From the NCBI GenBank assembly GCA_965223705.1, contig OZ245015.1, forward strand, positions 128,001-192,000: a stretch of 64,000 nucleotides of DNA. The letters run 5' to 3'. This stretch comes from Myxococcota bacterium (GTDB taxonomy: Bacteria; Myxococcota_A; UBA9160; UBA6930). Positions 1 to 9,349 of this stretch are shown here, piece after piece; position 1 is the stretch's first letter; the number at the start of each line of letters is the position of its first letter. Made by a program: the position numbers and the translations under genes. The notes below the pieces were generated by a model. It was not told the origin of the DNA, did no database searches, and saw only the letters and a program-made list of their open reading frames with translations.

Positions 1-413
1 CGAAATTCAGCGCCGTCGAGTTGAATCTCGACGAGGGTCCCGGTGAAAGACGGCGCAGTGGGTCGGAGGCGCTGAAACACCTCTCGGCGAAGCTCGGGGT
101 CATCTTCGACCGCGCGAGCGTGACCCATCAGTTCTTCGCCCTGCACGAGGAGCGTTACCCGACCGCCGCCTTCCCGAAGCTCGCGCCACCAAGGGAAATC
201 CGCTCCCGCGTAAACCGTCGCTTCGTCGCGCAAGTAGTTGACGGGGAGTGTCTTCCCCGAAGGCAGCGTCAGGAGCATGACTTTCTTCGCCCGTTCGCCG
301 GTGGGATCCTCGCGCAACTCTCTCATGACGCCGGTGTTGCCCATGCGCATGACCACGACCCCGCCCACCACGAGTACCGCGACAACCACCAAGGCCCATC
401 CGAGGAATCTCAT
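1..413 (-). CDS. Membrane-anchored protein, nitroreductase/split-barrel-like (partial, runs off window)
   Basis: Manual translation from ATG 413: MRFLGWALVVVAVLVVGG...PVNYLRD...WWRELR; open to the window edge; not in the ORF track. Confidence 0.5.
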   Translation of the reverse strand, partial: MRFLGWALVVVAVLVVGGVVVMRMGNTGVMRELREDPTGERAKKVMLLTLPSGKTLPVNYLRDEATVYAGADFPWWRELREGGGRVTLLVQGEELMGHARAVEDDPELRREVFQRLRPTAPSFTGTLVEIQLDGAEF

Positions 414-459
414 ACACCGATCATAGCGAGCCCCTCGCCGTCGCTATTCTCACGCGCGA

Positions 460-918
460 ATGATCGAGATCTTTGTCGACGCCGACGCGTGCCCCGTGAA
501 GGACGAGATCTACGTCGTTGCTACGCGCTACGGGCTCCCCGTATCCCTCGTCGCAAACGCGCGCATGCACGTCCCGGATGGCTTCGGAGTGGAGATGGTC
601 GTTGTCGACCAAGGCCCCGACGCCGCGGACGACTGGATCGTCGAGAATGTCCGGCGGGGCGACATCGTCGTGACCGCGGACATTCCATTGGCGGCGCGCT
701 GTATCGAAGTCGGTGCTCACGCGCTCGGAAGCAATGGTCGGGTGTTCGACGAAGACTCCATCGGCGGACTCGTGGCGACGCGGAACCTGAAGGAACACCT
801 GCGCGAAACGGGTGTCTCCGCGGGTGGGCCCGCGCCGCTGTCAAGCCGCGATCGATCTCGATTCGCGTCGAAGCTCGACGAAATCGCTCAACGGGCCCTG
901 CGCGAACAGGGAGCCTAA
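460..918 (+). CDS. yaiI: YaiI/YqxD (UPF0178) family protein
   Basis: IFVDADACPVK, DAADDWI and VVTADIPLAA motifs. Confidence 0.9.
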   Translation: MIEIFVDADACPVKDEIYVVATRYGLPVSLVANARMHVPDGFGVEMVVVDQGPDAADDWIVENVRRGDIVVTADIPLAARCIEVGAHALGSNGRVFDEDSIGGLVATRNLKEHLRETGVSAGGPAPLSSRDRSRFASKLDEIAQRALREQGA

Positions 919-926
919 GCTCCTTC

Positions 927-1244
927 TCAGGAGCCCTGCTTCTCTCGCTTTTGCTTCCAGCGTTCACGCATGCGTTCGTGCGCTGCGGTCCACTCCTCTT
1001 GCGAAATGGCGCCGCTTCCGTCGCTGTCGATACCGGCGAATCGCTCTTCGGATGCCGCCATCCATTCTTCCTTGCTGACGTTCCCGTCGCCGTTGGCATC
1101 TCGTTTTTCGAACATGTGCTTGCCGTGCTTTTTGTGGTGATGGCCTTCGCCTTTTTCGTGGTGCCCGGCCCAACCCGGCGATACGGCGAACGCAAGCGCA
1201 ACGAGACCTCCGGCGAACACCCATGCAAATCGACTGCGTGACAT
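927..1244 (-). CDS. Secreted EF-hand protein
   Basis: Signal peptide, His-rich linker, two EF-hand loops (DANGDGNVSKEE, DSDGSGAISQEE). Confidence 0.8.
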   Translation of the reverse strand: MSRSRFAWVFAGGLVALAFAVSPGWAGHHEKGEGHHHKKHGKHMFEKRDANGDGNVSKEEWMAASEERFAGIDSDGSGAISQEEWTAAHERMRERWKQKREKQGS

Positions 1245-1326
1245 CCGATACCTCTCTTAAAGTGGGAATGCGGCTCCCCAGGTAACGCTTGAGACGTCGC
1301 CCGAAGCGACAATGTTCAACCTTTTC

Positions 1327-2412
1327 CTAGCGACCGCCGGCGGCGATGATCTCGCAATCTTCGCGGCGACAACGCTCGAGAGCGCCTCGCTTCGCCTCTT
1401 TCGCACTGCGCCGGGCCGAACGCCACCCGAAGTGACCGCTCTTCCGCGACAGCGCGAAAGCCTTGTGGCCGGGGGCTTCGTGATACCGGCGCCAGTGCAG
1501 GCGTCCGTTCGCGGACAAGCGACCGGGAGGGGAGGGCCATGTCGATCGGCGTTCGGGAGGCGTCGACCAGGTCGGCAGACCGACTTCTCGAAGAAAGACA
1601 TCGACGCCGACGCGCCACAAGTCGATCCCGGCCCGACTCGTGAGCCGATGTCCGTCCGGGTGAAGCTCGGGAAGTCGGAGCATCTGCGCTTCCCCGCCCG
1701 ACGCGGTAAACGCTTGAAAAAACCGCGTGGCCAGGCGGGGCCCGAACAGCGCGTCATTGCGCGCGTACGCCCACAGTGTGGGGATTCGACTCGACGCTCC
1801 GTAGTCGGAGAAAGCGGCGACCAGGCGATCTTCCGAACAAACCGATCCGTCAGCGAGAGAACCCCGACCTCCGGCCAGATTGATGACGGCGCGAACGCCG
1901 GCTGGGCGCGTTGCCGCAAGAGCCAATCCTCCGAAACCTCCCGCGGATTGGCCGACGACGATCACGCGATCGCGATCGACGCGAGGATCGGCGGCGAGCG
2001 CATCGAGTGCGGCACGCATATCGGCCGCCGTGGCGTCGCCGCCGCGCTTGTAGTTCCCGACGCTGCAGCCCCCGTAACCCTCGGACCAGCGCCCGGTCGA
2101 TTCGCCGTAGCCCCGACGCATCACGATCGCCGCGAAGTAGCCACGTTCCGCGAATTCTCGAGCCACGTGCTCGAGCTGCATCGGCGTCATCGCGCGCCGG
2201 CGCGCTGCGCGTCGCGGCGAGCCGTGCATGACGAGTGCCAGTGGGAAAGGGCCTGCTCCCTCGGGCGAAACCGTCTGAGTTTCCAAGGAATTCGCTCGAC
2301 CGTCGATCGAGACGGAAAGCATTCGGAAGCCCGTCTGCAGTGCGGGTGCCGGAACGCCTGGGATCGCGATCCCGGCGCTCAACGCGAGGATCGCCAACTT
2401 CCGTGACGCCAT
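1327..2412 (-). CDS. Dienelactone hydrolase-like alpha/beta hydrolase
   Basis: GQSAGG nucleophile motif, signal peptide. Confidence 0.8.
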   Translation of the reverse strand: MASRKLAILALSAGIAIPGVPAPALQTGFRMLSVSIDGRANSLETQTVSPEGAGPFPLALVMHGSPRRAARRRAMTPMQLEHVAREFAERGYFAAIVMRRGYGESTGRWSEGYGGCSVGNYKRGGDATAADMRAALDALAADPRVDRDRVIVVGQSAGGFGGLALAATRPAGVRAVINLAGGRGSLADGSVCSEDRLVAAFSDYGASSRIPTLWAYARNDALFGPRLATRFFQAFTASGGEAQMLRLPELHPDGHRLTSRAGIDLWRVGVDVFLREVGLPTWSTPPERRSTWPSPPGRLSANGRLHWRRYHEAPGHKAFALSRKSGHFGWRSARRSAKEAKRGALERCRREDCEIIAAGGR

Positions 2413-2466
2413 AGAGGTGACAGGCTAGCGTCGAGACTCGCTCCTTCACATCGTCGGGAGTACGCC

Positions 2467-3336
2467 ATGAAGTTCGGGCTCCGCTACTGCAACACCGGTC
2501 CCTTCGTCGATCCGAAACGCGCGGTCGAACTGCTCCAAGCAGCGGAAGAGGCGGGCTTCGATTCGGCGTGGACTGTCGAGCACACGGTGGTGCCCGCGGG
2601 CTATGCGTCGGCGTACCCCTATTCCGAAGACGGTAAGATGGCCGGCGGGCGGCTCGACATTCCGTTGCCCGACCCCATCGTCTGGATGTCCTACGTCGCT
2701 GCCCACACTGAGCGCATTCGGCTGGCGACCGGGATTTTGATCCTTCCTCAGCACAACCCGGTCATCGTCGCGAAACAAGTCGCCACCCTCGACGCGATGT
2801 CGAACGGACGTGTCATTTTGGGAATTGGTGTCGGCTGGCTGCGTGAGGAATTTGAAGCGATTGGAACCGACTTCGAAAGCCGTGCGGCACGAACCGATGA
2901 ATACATCGAAGCGATGCGGGCTCTGTGGCGACAAGATGCCCCTTCTTACAAGGGGAAGTTCGTCCAGTTCGACGGGGCGTACTGCCGCCCGCAACCGGTC
3001 CGAGGTTCGGTACCGATCGTGATCGGCGGGCACAGCCGGGCGGCAGCGCGACGCGCGGGGCGCTTGGGCGACGGCTTCTTTCCCGCTCGCGGTCTCAAGG
3101 CGGAGCTTCTCGATCTTGTGAAGCAGACTGCGGAAGCCTCCGGTCGCGACCCGGCCGGTGTCGAAATCACGGCGAGCCTTCCGGAAGATCTCGACGATCT
3201 GCCGAAGCTCGCAGCTCTCGGCGTGTCGCGCATCGTCGTTCCAGTGACGCCCGTCACCGGGCTGAAAGCCCCGGTGAGTGGCCCTGAAGACGCCCTCGCC
3301 TGGCGGGGCCGAATCGAGTCCTTCCGCGAAACCTAA
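2467..3336 (+). CDS. LLM class (F420-type) oxidoreductase
   Basis: AEEAGFDSAW, IRLATGILILP, GIGVGW, GRLGDGF. Confidence 0.9.
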   Translation: MKFGLRYCNTGPFVDPKRAVELLQAAEEAGFDSAWTVEHTVVPAGYASAYPYSEDGKMAGGRLDIPLPDPIVWMSYVAAHTERIRLATGILILPQHNPVIVAKQVATLDAMSNGRVILGIGVGWLREEFEAIGTDFESRAARTDEYIEAMRALWRQDAPSYKGKFVQFDGAYCRPQPVRGSVPIVIGGHSRAAARRAGRLGDGFFPARGLKAELLDLVKQTAEASGRDPAGVEITASLPEDLDDLPKLAALGVSRIVVPVTPVTGLKAPVSGPEDALAWRGRIESFRET

Positions 3337-3358
3337 GCCTTGAGCACGGTGGACCGCT

Positions 3359-3757
3359 CTACGCGGTGTGCTTCTTCGCGCTCTGCTCTTGCAGGTGGAA
3401 CCAGAGCATCAAACCCGGATAGATCAACAAAACCCAGGCCCCGGGCACGTCGACGGAAAGCTTGGCCACACCGACGCGCCCGAGCACAAGGACAGCGGCC
3501 GCAGCGGCGACGCCGCAGACCGCGACGAGCATCTGAATCGCCGGATAAGGCGCCAACGTCTCGCGGCGATGCCAGAGCCACCAGCCGATGACGTTCGGCG
3601 CGAGCCCGAGCCCTAAGACGGCGAGACCGCTGGGCACGGAATGGCGGGCCGCGACGAGCCCGCCCATGAGAACGAGCCAGAGGGTGGCGCCGATCTGTGC
3701 GCCAAACCAACCACCTAGATTCCACTGGAATGCGCCCGGGCCGATTTTCGGTTCCAT
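3359..3757 (-). CDS. Hypothetical membrane protein
   Basis: Four hydrophobic segments. Confidence 0.65.
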   Translation of the reverse strand: MEPKIGPGAFQWNLGGWFGAQIGATLWLVLMGGLVAARHSVPSGLAVLGLGLAPNVIGWWLWHRRETLAPYPAIQMLVAVCGVAAAAAVLVLGRVGVAKLSVDVPGAWVLLIYPGLMLWFHLQEQSAKKHTA

Positions 3758-3806
3758 ACCCAGCGGATCGGGGGGCCGGCGCGGGAGCTTGACCCCGAAG
3801 AGAGGC

Positions 3807-4328
3807 CTAGCTCTTGACCTGCATCTGACCCAGGAAATCGAGCTTCCCGATCTTCGTGCCCTTCATGCGCAGAATGTCGTATGTGGTCGTTGCGTGAAAG
3901 AAGAAGTTCGGGAGCGAGAACGAGCGAATAAACCCCTCGGCGGTGAAGGGGACCTTGAGCTTCCCCGCCTCGAACATCATGTCTTTCCCTTCGAGCGCGT
4001 TGATCTCTTCCGGCGAGAACTTTCCGAGGGACTCGATCGCTTCCTTGATGAGGCCGTGCAGACCGTCGTAATCGAGCTCTGGGCGAGCGGCAGGCGGGCC
4101 GAAGACGCCGGCTTGAATGCCGCGAATCGCGCCCAGGGAATGGTGAGCGGTCGAAATCATCTGGAAGCGGAGCGGCAACATGTCTTCCGTCAAACGTGTT
4201 TCGACGAGCTCTGCCAAATCGAGTCCGGAGGACAGCGCGTGTTCCTTCCCCTTGTCGAGAACCGCTGACGTCGACGCGAGAATCTGTTGATAGGTGCCGA
4301 CGCTCAAGTCGAACAGGGAAATAGCCAT
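3807..4328 (-). CDS. DUF1993 family protein
   Basis: RLTEDMLPLRFQ and LPNFFFHATTTYDILR motifs. Confidence 0.88.
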   Translation of the reverse strand: MAISLFDLSVGTYQQILASTSAVLDKGKEHALSSGLDLAELVETRLTEDMLPLRFQMISTAHHSLGAIRGIQAGVFGPPAARPELDYDGLHGLIKEAIESLGKFSPEEINALEGKDMMFEAGKLKVPFTAEGFIRSFSLPNFFFHATTTYDILRMKGTKIGKLDFLGQMQVKS

Positions 4329-4434
4329 GATTCCGTTCCTTTCTGTGTGATTCGGTCCGGATTCTATACCAATGCAACCCTGCGGGCGGGCGCTGGGAGT
4401 CGCGGTACCTTAGGAGCCTAAAAGGAGATCCCCG

Positions 4435-5511
4435 ATGAAATTCAGCGTCACCGTTCCCACCAAGATCGACGATTGGTCACTCGCGAAAACGGCCGAAGAC
4501 TTGGGTTTTGATGCGATCTGGGTCCCCGATTCCCAAATGATCTGGTCCGACTGCTACGCGACGATGGCACTCATGGCGCAGGCGACGTCGCGGATCCAGA
4601 TCGGCACCGGCGTGGCGATCCCGGGCACCCGTATCGCTCCGGTGACAGCCCACTCGATCGCCTCGATCAACCGCCTTGCGCCGGGCCGCACCTTTCTCGG
4701 TATCGGGACCGGCCACACGGCGATGCGCGTAATGGGCATGAACCCGATGCCGCTCAAAGAATTCGCCGAGTACCTTCGGGTGGTTCGCACGCTGCTCGCG
4801 GGAGAGGAAGTCGACTACACGTTCCGCGGTGTGACGAAGAGCATCCAGTTCCTCCATCAGGATATGGGCTTCCGCAACACCGACGACTTCATTCCGATCA
4901 TCGTCGCCGCGAACGGACCGAAAGCGCTCCAGATCGCCGGCCGGTACGGGGATGGCTTGATTTCCGCCGGAGCGGAGAACCCCGATCTCGTGTCGTACAA
5001 CATGGGCATGGTGAAGCAGGGAGCCGAGGCTGCCGGACGCAGCCTGAACGGCAACTACCACACGGCGTCGCTGAGTAACGCCGTAGTGCTCCGCCCCGGC
5101 GAGAAGCTGACCGATGACCGCGTGATCGACGCGTGCGGCTCTTTCGTCGTCGCGCTCATTCACTTCGTGTACGAGATCTACGAGTACACGAACAACGAAG
5201 AGATGATCCCGGAGGCGATGCACGGCATCTGGGAGGAATACCGGGACTACGTCGACAAGATGGAGATGCCGAAGGAAAAGCGTTTTCGGCAGATCCACAA
5301 CGGTCACTGCACGTTCCATCCGCCGGCCGAGCGGCGCTTCATCACTCCGGAACTCATCGAGTCGACGAATCTGGTCGGCAGCCCGGCCGAGATCGCCGAA
5401 AAGGTTCGCAAGGCGGAAGCGGCGGGCCTGAAGGAGATCAGCCTGCTGCCGCCGATGGCCGTTTTCCGCGAGTCGATGAACGACTTCACCGAAGTGATGA
5501 AGGTGCTCTAG
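4435..5511 (+). CDS. LLM class flavin-dependent oxidoreductase
   Basis: AEDLGFDAIW, GRTFLGIGTG; RBS AAGGAG upstream. Confidence 0.88.
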   Translation: MKFSVTVPTKIDDWSLAKTAEDLGFDAIWVPDSQMIWSDCYATMALMAQATSRIQIGTGVAIPGTRIAPVTAHSIASINRLAPGRTFLGIGTGHTAMRVMGMNPMPLKEFAEYLRVVRTLLAGEEVDYTFRGVTKSIQFLHQDMGFRNTDDFIPIIVAANGPKALQIAGRYGDGLISAGAENPDLVSYNMGMVKQGAEAAGRSLNGNYHTASLSNAVVLRPGEKLTDDRVIDACGSFVVALIHFVYEIYEYTNNEEMIPEAMHGIWEEYRDYVDKMEMPKEKRFRQIHNGHCTFHPPAERRFITPELIESTNLVGSPAEIAEKVRKAEAAGLKEISLLPPMAVFRESMNDFTEVMKVL

Positions 5512-5604
5512 GTAGACGGCTGATCGCGGCATTCCGGTCCGGGTCACGCCGGCGTAACTTTATCTCGCGGCGCTTCGTAGAGTCGATGTACTCGAAAGGA
5601 GCCC

Positions 5605-6084
5605 GTGATGATTCGACCCGTTTTCGCGATCTGCGCCTTACTCTTCTTCGCCTCGCTTCCGAGTTCTGCCGAGAACCCAGAACCGGCTTCCGCCCGCGGT
5701 CACTACGCCTTGGAAGACGGGTTGGCGATTGAGGGCTACGACCCGGTCGCGTACTTCAGGCAAGGCAAAGCCACGCCGGGCAAGGCGGCCATCGCAACCG
5801 AGTTCGAAGGTGTTACGTACCGCTTCTCCAGCAAGGAGAACCTCGAGGCCTTCGAAGCGGAACCCGATCGATATCGGCCGGCTTACGGGGGATGGTGCGC
5901 CTGGGCGATGGTCGATGGTGGGAAAACGGCGCCGGACCCCGAGAACTTCATTGTCTCGGACGGTCGACTCTTCCTCTTCTTCAAGAACTTCTTTGTCGAC
6001 ACGAAAACCAAATGGGAAGACGGCGATCCCGTTGCGCTCGAGCGGAAAGCGGACACAGCGTGGCGTGCTCTCATCGGCGCCTAA
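5605..6084 (+). CDS. YHS domain protein
   Basis: GYDPVAYF and PAYGGWCAWAM, signal peptide. Confidence 0.88.
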   Translation: MMIRPVFAICALLFFASLPSSAENPEPASARGHYALEDGLAIEGYDPVAYFRQGKATPGKAAIATEFEGVTYRFSSKENLEAFEAEPDRYRPAYGGWCAWAMVDGGKTAPDPENFIVSDGRLFLFFKNFFVDTKTKWEDGDPVALERKADTAWRALIGA

Positions 6085-6093
6085 CACAGACGC

Positions 6094-6414
6094 CTAGAAC
6101 GCGATGAGGTCGATCCCCACGAGTGTCGCCAGAATGAGAACCAGGAGCACGAAATTTACCCACACGAGCGAGAAGAGCAGGAAGCTCGCGAGCGCGATCC
6201 CTCCGAGCAACAACCAGCTGTCGACTTCTCGCTTCGCGGATCGCGCGGCCGCGATACCTCCCAGGAACGGAGCGCCGAACAGAAGGAGCCGAAAGGCTGC
6301 GATCTGAAAACGCCGATGCGCTGCTCCTTCCTCAACCGGAGAGGCGAGCGCGGCCACGACGAGCACGATGCACGCGAACACCCACCAGCCAAACTCCGCT
6401 CTACCCACCGCCAT
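6094..6414 (-). CDS. Small membrane protein
   Basis: Hydrophobic 106-aa ORF overlapping the upstream methyltransferase. Confidence 0.55.
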   Translation of the reverse strand: MAVGRAEFGWWVFACIVLVVAALASPVEEGAAHRRFQIAAFRLLLFGAPFLGGIAAARSAKREVDSWLLLGGIALASFLLFSLVWVNFVLLVLILATLVGIDLIAF

Positions 6415-7294
6415 GGGCGACCGCGTGAACCGTATTGGAGATGTAGAAACGCCCGCCGGTCACCGCAGAGGCGGCACGCGCCACGTGGTAGTAGCCGAGT
6501 TTGAGGCCGAGCCCGAGCCGTGAGCGACCGCCGCCGAGGGTGTACGTCGGCTTCCCCACAAAGAACTCGCAATCCCGGAAGCCCGACGCGGCAGTCGCGG
6601 CTCGCATCGACTCCACCGTGAAGTCATTCACGTGATCGCGCACTTCGAGCAGCGAGACCTCTGCGGGGGCCCTCCCGACGGCACGCATGAGGCGCGCGCG
6701 CAGCAGCTGAAAGTTCGCGTTCGGTGTCTGGATGAAGAGCACACCACCGGGACGCAGCAACGTGCGGCAGTAGCGCAACAAGGGGACTGGCTCGGAAATG
6801 TGCTCGATGACGTCCCAGAGCGTCACGACGTCGAACGAGCCGGGCGAAAACCCGGAGTCTTCGACGCGACCCGCGCAGAGTGTGTCGAGCTCGAGCTCGC
6901 GCTGCCCCCATGCGACCGCTTCCTTGGAGATTTCGTAACCCCAGGCCTGCCAGCCCGCGTCGGCCGCGAAGCGGGGAAAAAACCCGACGCCGCAGCCGAC
7001 ATCGAGGATGCGCCCGCGCCCAGCCCGTGTCGGATCGGAAGCGGCGTCCGTTCGATAAGCGTCGAGTCGGGCGAGAACTTCGCCATAGCTCGGTTCGCGC
7101 GCCGTGCTCCAGTAGAACCGCAGCGCTTCGGCCTCAACTTCGATGTTGCCTTCCCAGTAGCCGTCGTAGTGGCTGGGAGATTCCCAGGTCGAGTAGACAT
7201 GGGTGCAGCGAAGGCATCGAATGAGATCGATCTCGAGCTCGCGAAACACCACGCGGCCCTCGGGAGACTGGCAGATCGGGCAGGCATCGACCAT
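6401..7294 (-). CDS. Class I SAM methyltransferase with N-terminal zinc ribbon
   Basis: CPIC...CLRC, ILDVGCGVG, FDVVTLWDVIEH. Confidence 0.88.
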   Translation of the reverse strand: MVDACPICQSPEGRVVFRELEIDLIRCLRCTHVYSTWESPSHYDGYWEGNIEVEAEALRFYWSTAREPSYGEVLARLDAYRTDAASDPTRAGRGRILDVGCGVGFFPRFAADAGWQAWGYEISKEAVAWGQRELELDTLCAGRVEDSGFSPGSFDVVTLWDVIEHISEPVPLLRYCRTLLRPGGVLFIQTPNANFQLLRARLMRAVGRAPAEVSLLEVRDHVNDFTVESMRAATAASGFRDCEFFVGKPTYTLGGGRSRLGLGLKLGYYHVARAASAVTGGRFYISNTVHAVAHGGG

Positions 7295-7309
7295 CTGTGC
7301 GCTTGCGCT

Positions 7310-8104
7310 CTAGTCGGCAGACGCGACGAGGTGTGCGTCGATCGGCTTCTCGAAAGCGATGAACAACGTGCAGGCATCATCGCTCACGCAGCGACCTTCG
7401 TGCGGCGCCTCGGAGGGGCCGTAGATGTACGTGCCCGTTTCGACGTCGAGGGGCAGCTCGCCGTCGTATGCGAGCTGCATGCGCCCCGTCACGAGAATCA
7501 TGCGCTCCGCCGAGCTGTGCCAATGTTTTGGCAGGTCGTAGCCGCCGGGGACTCGAAAAAACACATCGCTGTTCGGCCGCTGCGGGTCGCCGTGGAGGAT
7601 CGCGATTTCGCAGCCCGCCGGAAAGAAATCGGGGCAGGCGCCCCACGACAGTTCCGGATCGCGGCTCGACCTGGCGAGCGGGGAAAGGCTGGACGCTTCC
7701 GGATCCGACGGGTCCAGTCGCACGAAATAGCGCGGCGGAAAACCCGTCAGGAATCGAAAGAAGAACGGTAGAGGGTGCTCACGGCCGATTCGGCCGTACT
7801 CTTCGCCGGTGACGAACACCGCGTGAAAATTCCCTTTCGCGCCGTCGGTCGATACCTCGACTTCCGGCACTTCGAGCAAGCGGTGATACCACGCCCGGGG
7901 CCAATGGTTGACGGCGACATACATCAGGTCGCCACTGTCGAGACGTGTGAGAACCCGCTCGTGGGACGCCCCCGACCGATCGAACGTGGTGAGAACCAGC
8001 GTCGACGCGTTCGAGGGCTGAAAGAACCCGATCAACGACTCGAACGCCACGACGATTCCCATGTAAACGAGCGCTGCGATGACGAGGATTCTGAACAGTT
8101 TCAC
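7310..8104 (-). CDS. Nitroreductase-like N-terminal domain fused to a cupin domain
   Basis: N-terminal TM and HWPRAWY; C-terminal KHWHSSAE...PHEG cupin motif. Confidence 0.65.
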   Translation of the reverse strand: MKLFRILVIAALVYMGIVVAFESLIGFFQPSNASTLVLTTFDRSGASHERVLTRLDSGDLMYVAVNHWPRAWYHRLLEVPEVEVSTDGAKGNFHAVFVTGEEYGRIGREHPLPFFFRFLTGFPPRYFVRLDPSDPEASSLSPLARSSRDPELSWGACPDFFPAGCEIAILHGDPQRPNSDVFFRVPGGYDLPKHWHSSAERMILVTGRMQLAYDGELPLDVETGTYIYGPSEAPHEGRCVSDDACTLFIAFEKPIDAHLVASAD

Positions 8105-8188
8105 GGTGATCCGACCTTACTTGCAAGGTACGCGGAAGTCGACGTGAAAATGCTCATCGTGCCTCCTTAAAATCGCGGACCGCGGCGA

Positions 8189-8584
8189 CTAGCCGCTCTC
8201 CCGAAGTTCTCGAATTTGAGGAGCGTTCTCGAGGACTTGTTTCACCGCGCAATAGACGCGGCCGAGGGCCTCGTCTCTGCGCTCGCGACCGAGCCATCTG
8301 CGCAACAAGCCCCCTTCCACGAACGCGAATACCCGCCACGCGTGCGGCGCTTCTACTTCGCCGGCGCAGGCGACGTAGCTCTTGTACGGGTCGCAACGAA
8401 CGGGAACACACCAGGCGAAGTCTTCGGCGACGATTTCTCCGACCGCGAGCCCTGCATCGCGGAGTCCGTCCGCGAGCCAGCGCGCCAAGGCGCGGCCGAC
8501 AATGCCCGGGTTCGTTTCTCGGTCTTCGTCAGGCTCGATGGAGAACGCGTCTGAGCGGAACTCGAGCAGCGGTGACTGAGACAT
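8189..8584 (-). CDS. Hypothetical protein
   Basis: Protein-like ORF (NPGIVGRALARWL, AEDFAWC). Confidence 0.6.
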   Translation of the reverse strand: MSQSPLLEFRSDAFSIEPDEDRETNPGIVGRALARWLADGLRDAGLAVGEIVAEDFAWCVPVRCDPYKSYVACAGEVEAPHAWRVFAFVEGGLLRRWLGRERRDEALGRVYCAVKQVLENAPQIRELRESG

Positions 8585-8637
8585 GATCTCAAAGCTAACG
8601 ACCTCAAGGGAAGACGCGAGCGCTAGAATCCCGGACA

Positions 8638-9342
8638 ATGGAGGGCCCCATGATCAAAGGCTTTGCACTCATTCCCCAGAAGGCAGGAATCACCCGCGAG
8701 ACTTTTCACGAGCATTGGGAGAAGGTGCACGCACCCCTGGCTCTGCAAATCCAAGTGCTCCGGCGTTACGTCCAGTCGCACCGGTTGCCTCAAACACTCC
8801 CCGGGTTCGAAGACGTCCCCTACGAGGGCATCGCGGAGATCTGGTTCGATCAACTGAGCGATGTCATGCAACTCGGGGACAATCCCGACTACGTCAATGG
8901 GGCACTCGCCGACGAGCCGAACTTCATCGACCAGAGTGGACTGCGATTCCTCGCGACGCGCGAAGAGATTGTGATTCCCGGCCCGACCATCGAACGCGAT
9001 ACGCCGCTCGTCAAGGCGATATTCTTGCTGAAGCGACGCGCAGATATGACCGTCGCTGAGTTTCAGAAGTACTGGCTTGAGGAACACGCTCCGCAGATTC
9101 CGCGAGATATGGGCGTGATGCGATACGTGCAGTGCCATCAGCTCCCCGAAACCTATGCCGAGGAGACACCCGCTTTCGACGGCGTCGCTGAGCTTTCTTT
9201 TGAAGACATGAGCGCCTTCGAGGCGTACTGGGGAAGCGAGCGGGTGCAGGCGATCTTCGCGGCCGACGCGCCGCGTTTCCTGGGCGAGGGCTGTGTCGCG
9301 CTGCTCAGCGAGGAAAAGCGCATCATCTGGCCAGGTCGCTAG
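8638..9342 (+). CDS. Tandem EthD domain protein
   Basis: Two repeats of F..hW...H.P..RYVQ.H..(E/D)GxAEL/IxF. Confidence 0.88.
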   Translation: MEGPMIKGFALIPQKAGITRETFHEHWEKVHAPLALQIQVLRRYVQSHRLPQTLPGFEDVPYEGIAEIWFDQLSDVMQLGDNPDYVNGALADEPNFIDQSGLRFLATREEIVIPGPTIERDTPLVKAIFLLKRRADMTVAEFQKYWLEEHAPQIPRDMGVMRYVQCHQLPETYAEETPAFDGVAELSFEDMSAFEAYWGSERVQAIFAADAPRFLGEGCVALLSEEKRIIWPGR

Positions 9343-9349
9343 CCCAGCA

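Noticed and set aside
21..1241. Long Arg/Pro-rich ORFs (e.g. 21-1241, 9293-10816, 57416-59740, 57786-59846)
   Set aside because: Shadow frames of real genes in high-GC DNA with no recognisable motifs
5605..6084. YHS protein as a third selenoprotein
   Set aside because: It has Cys (GGWCAW) and no in-frame TGA
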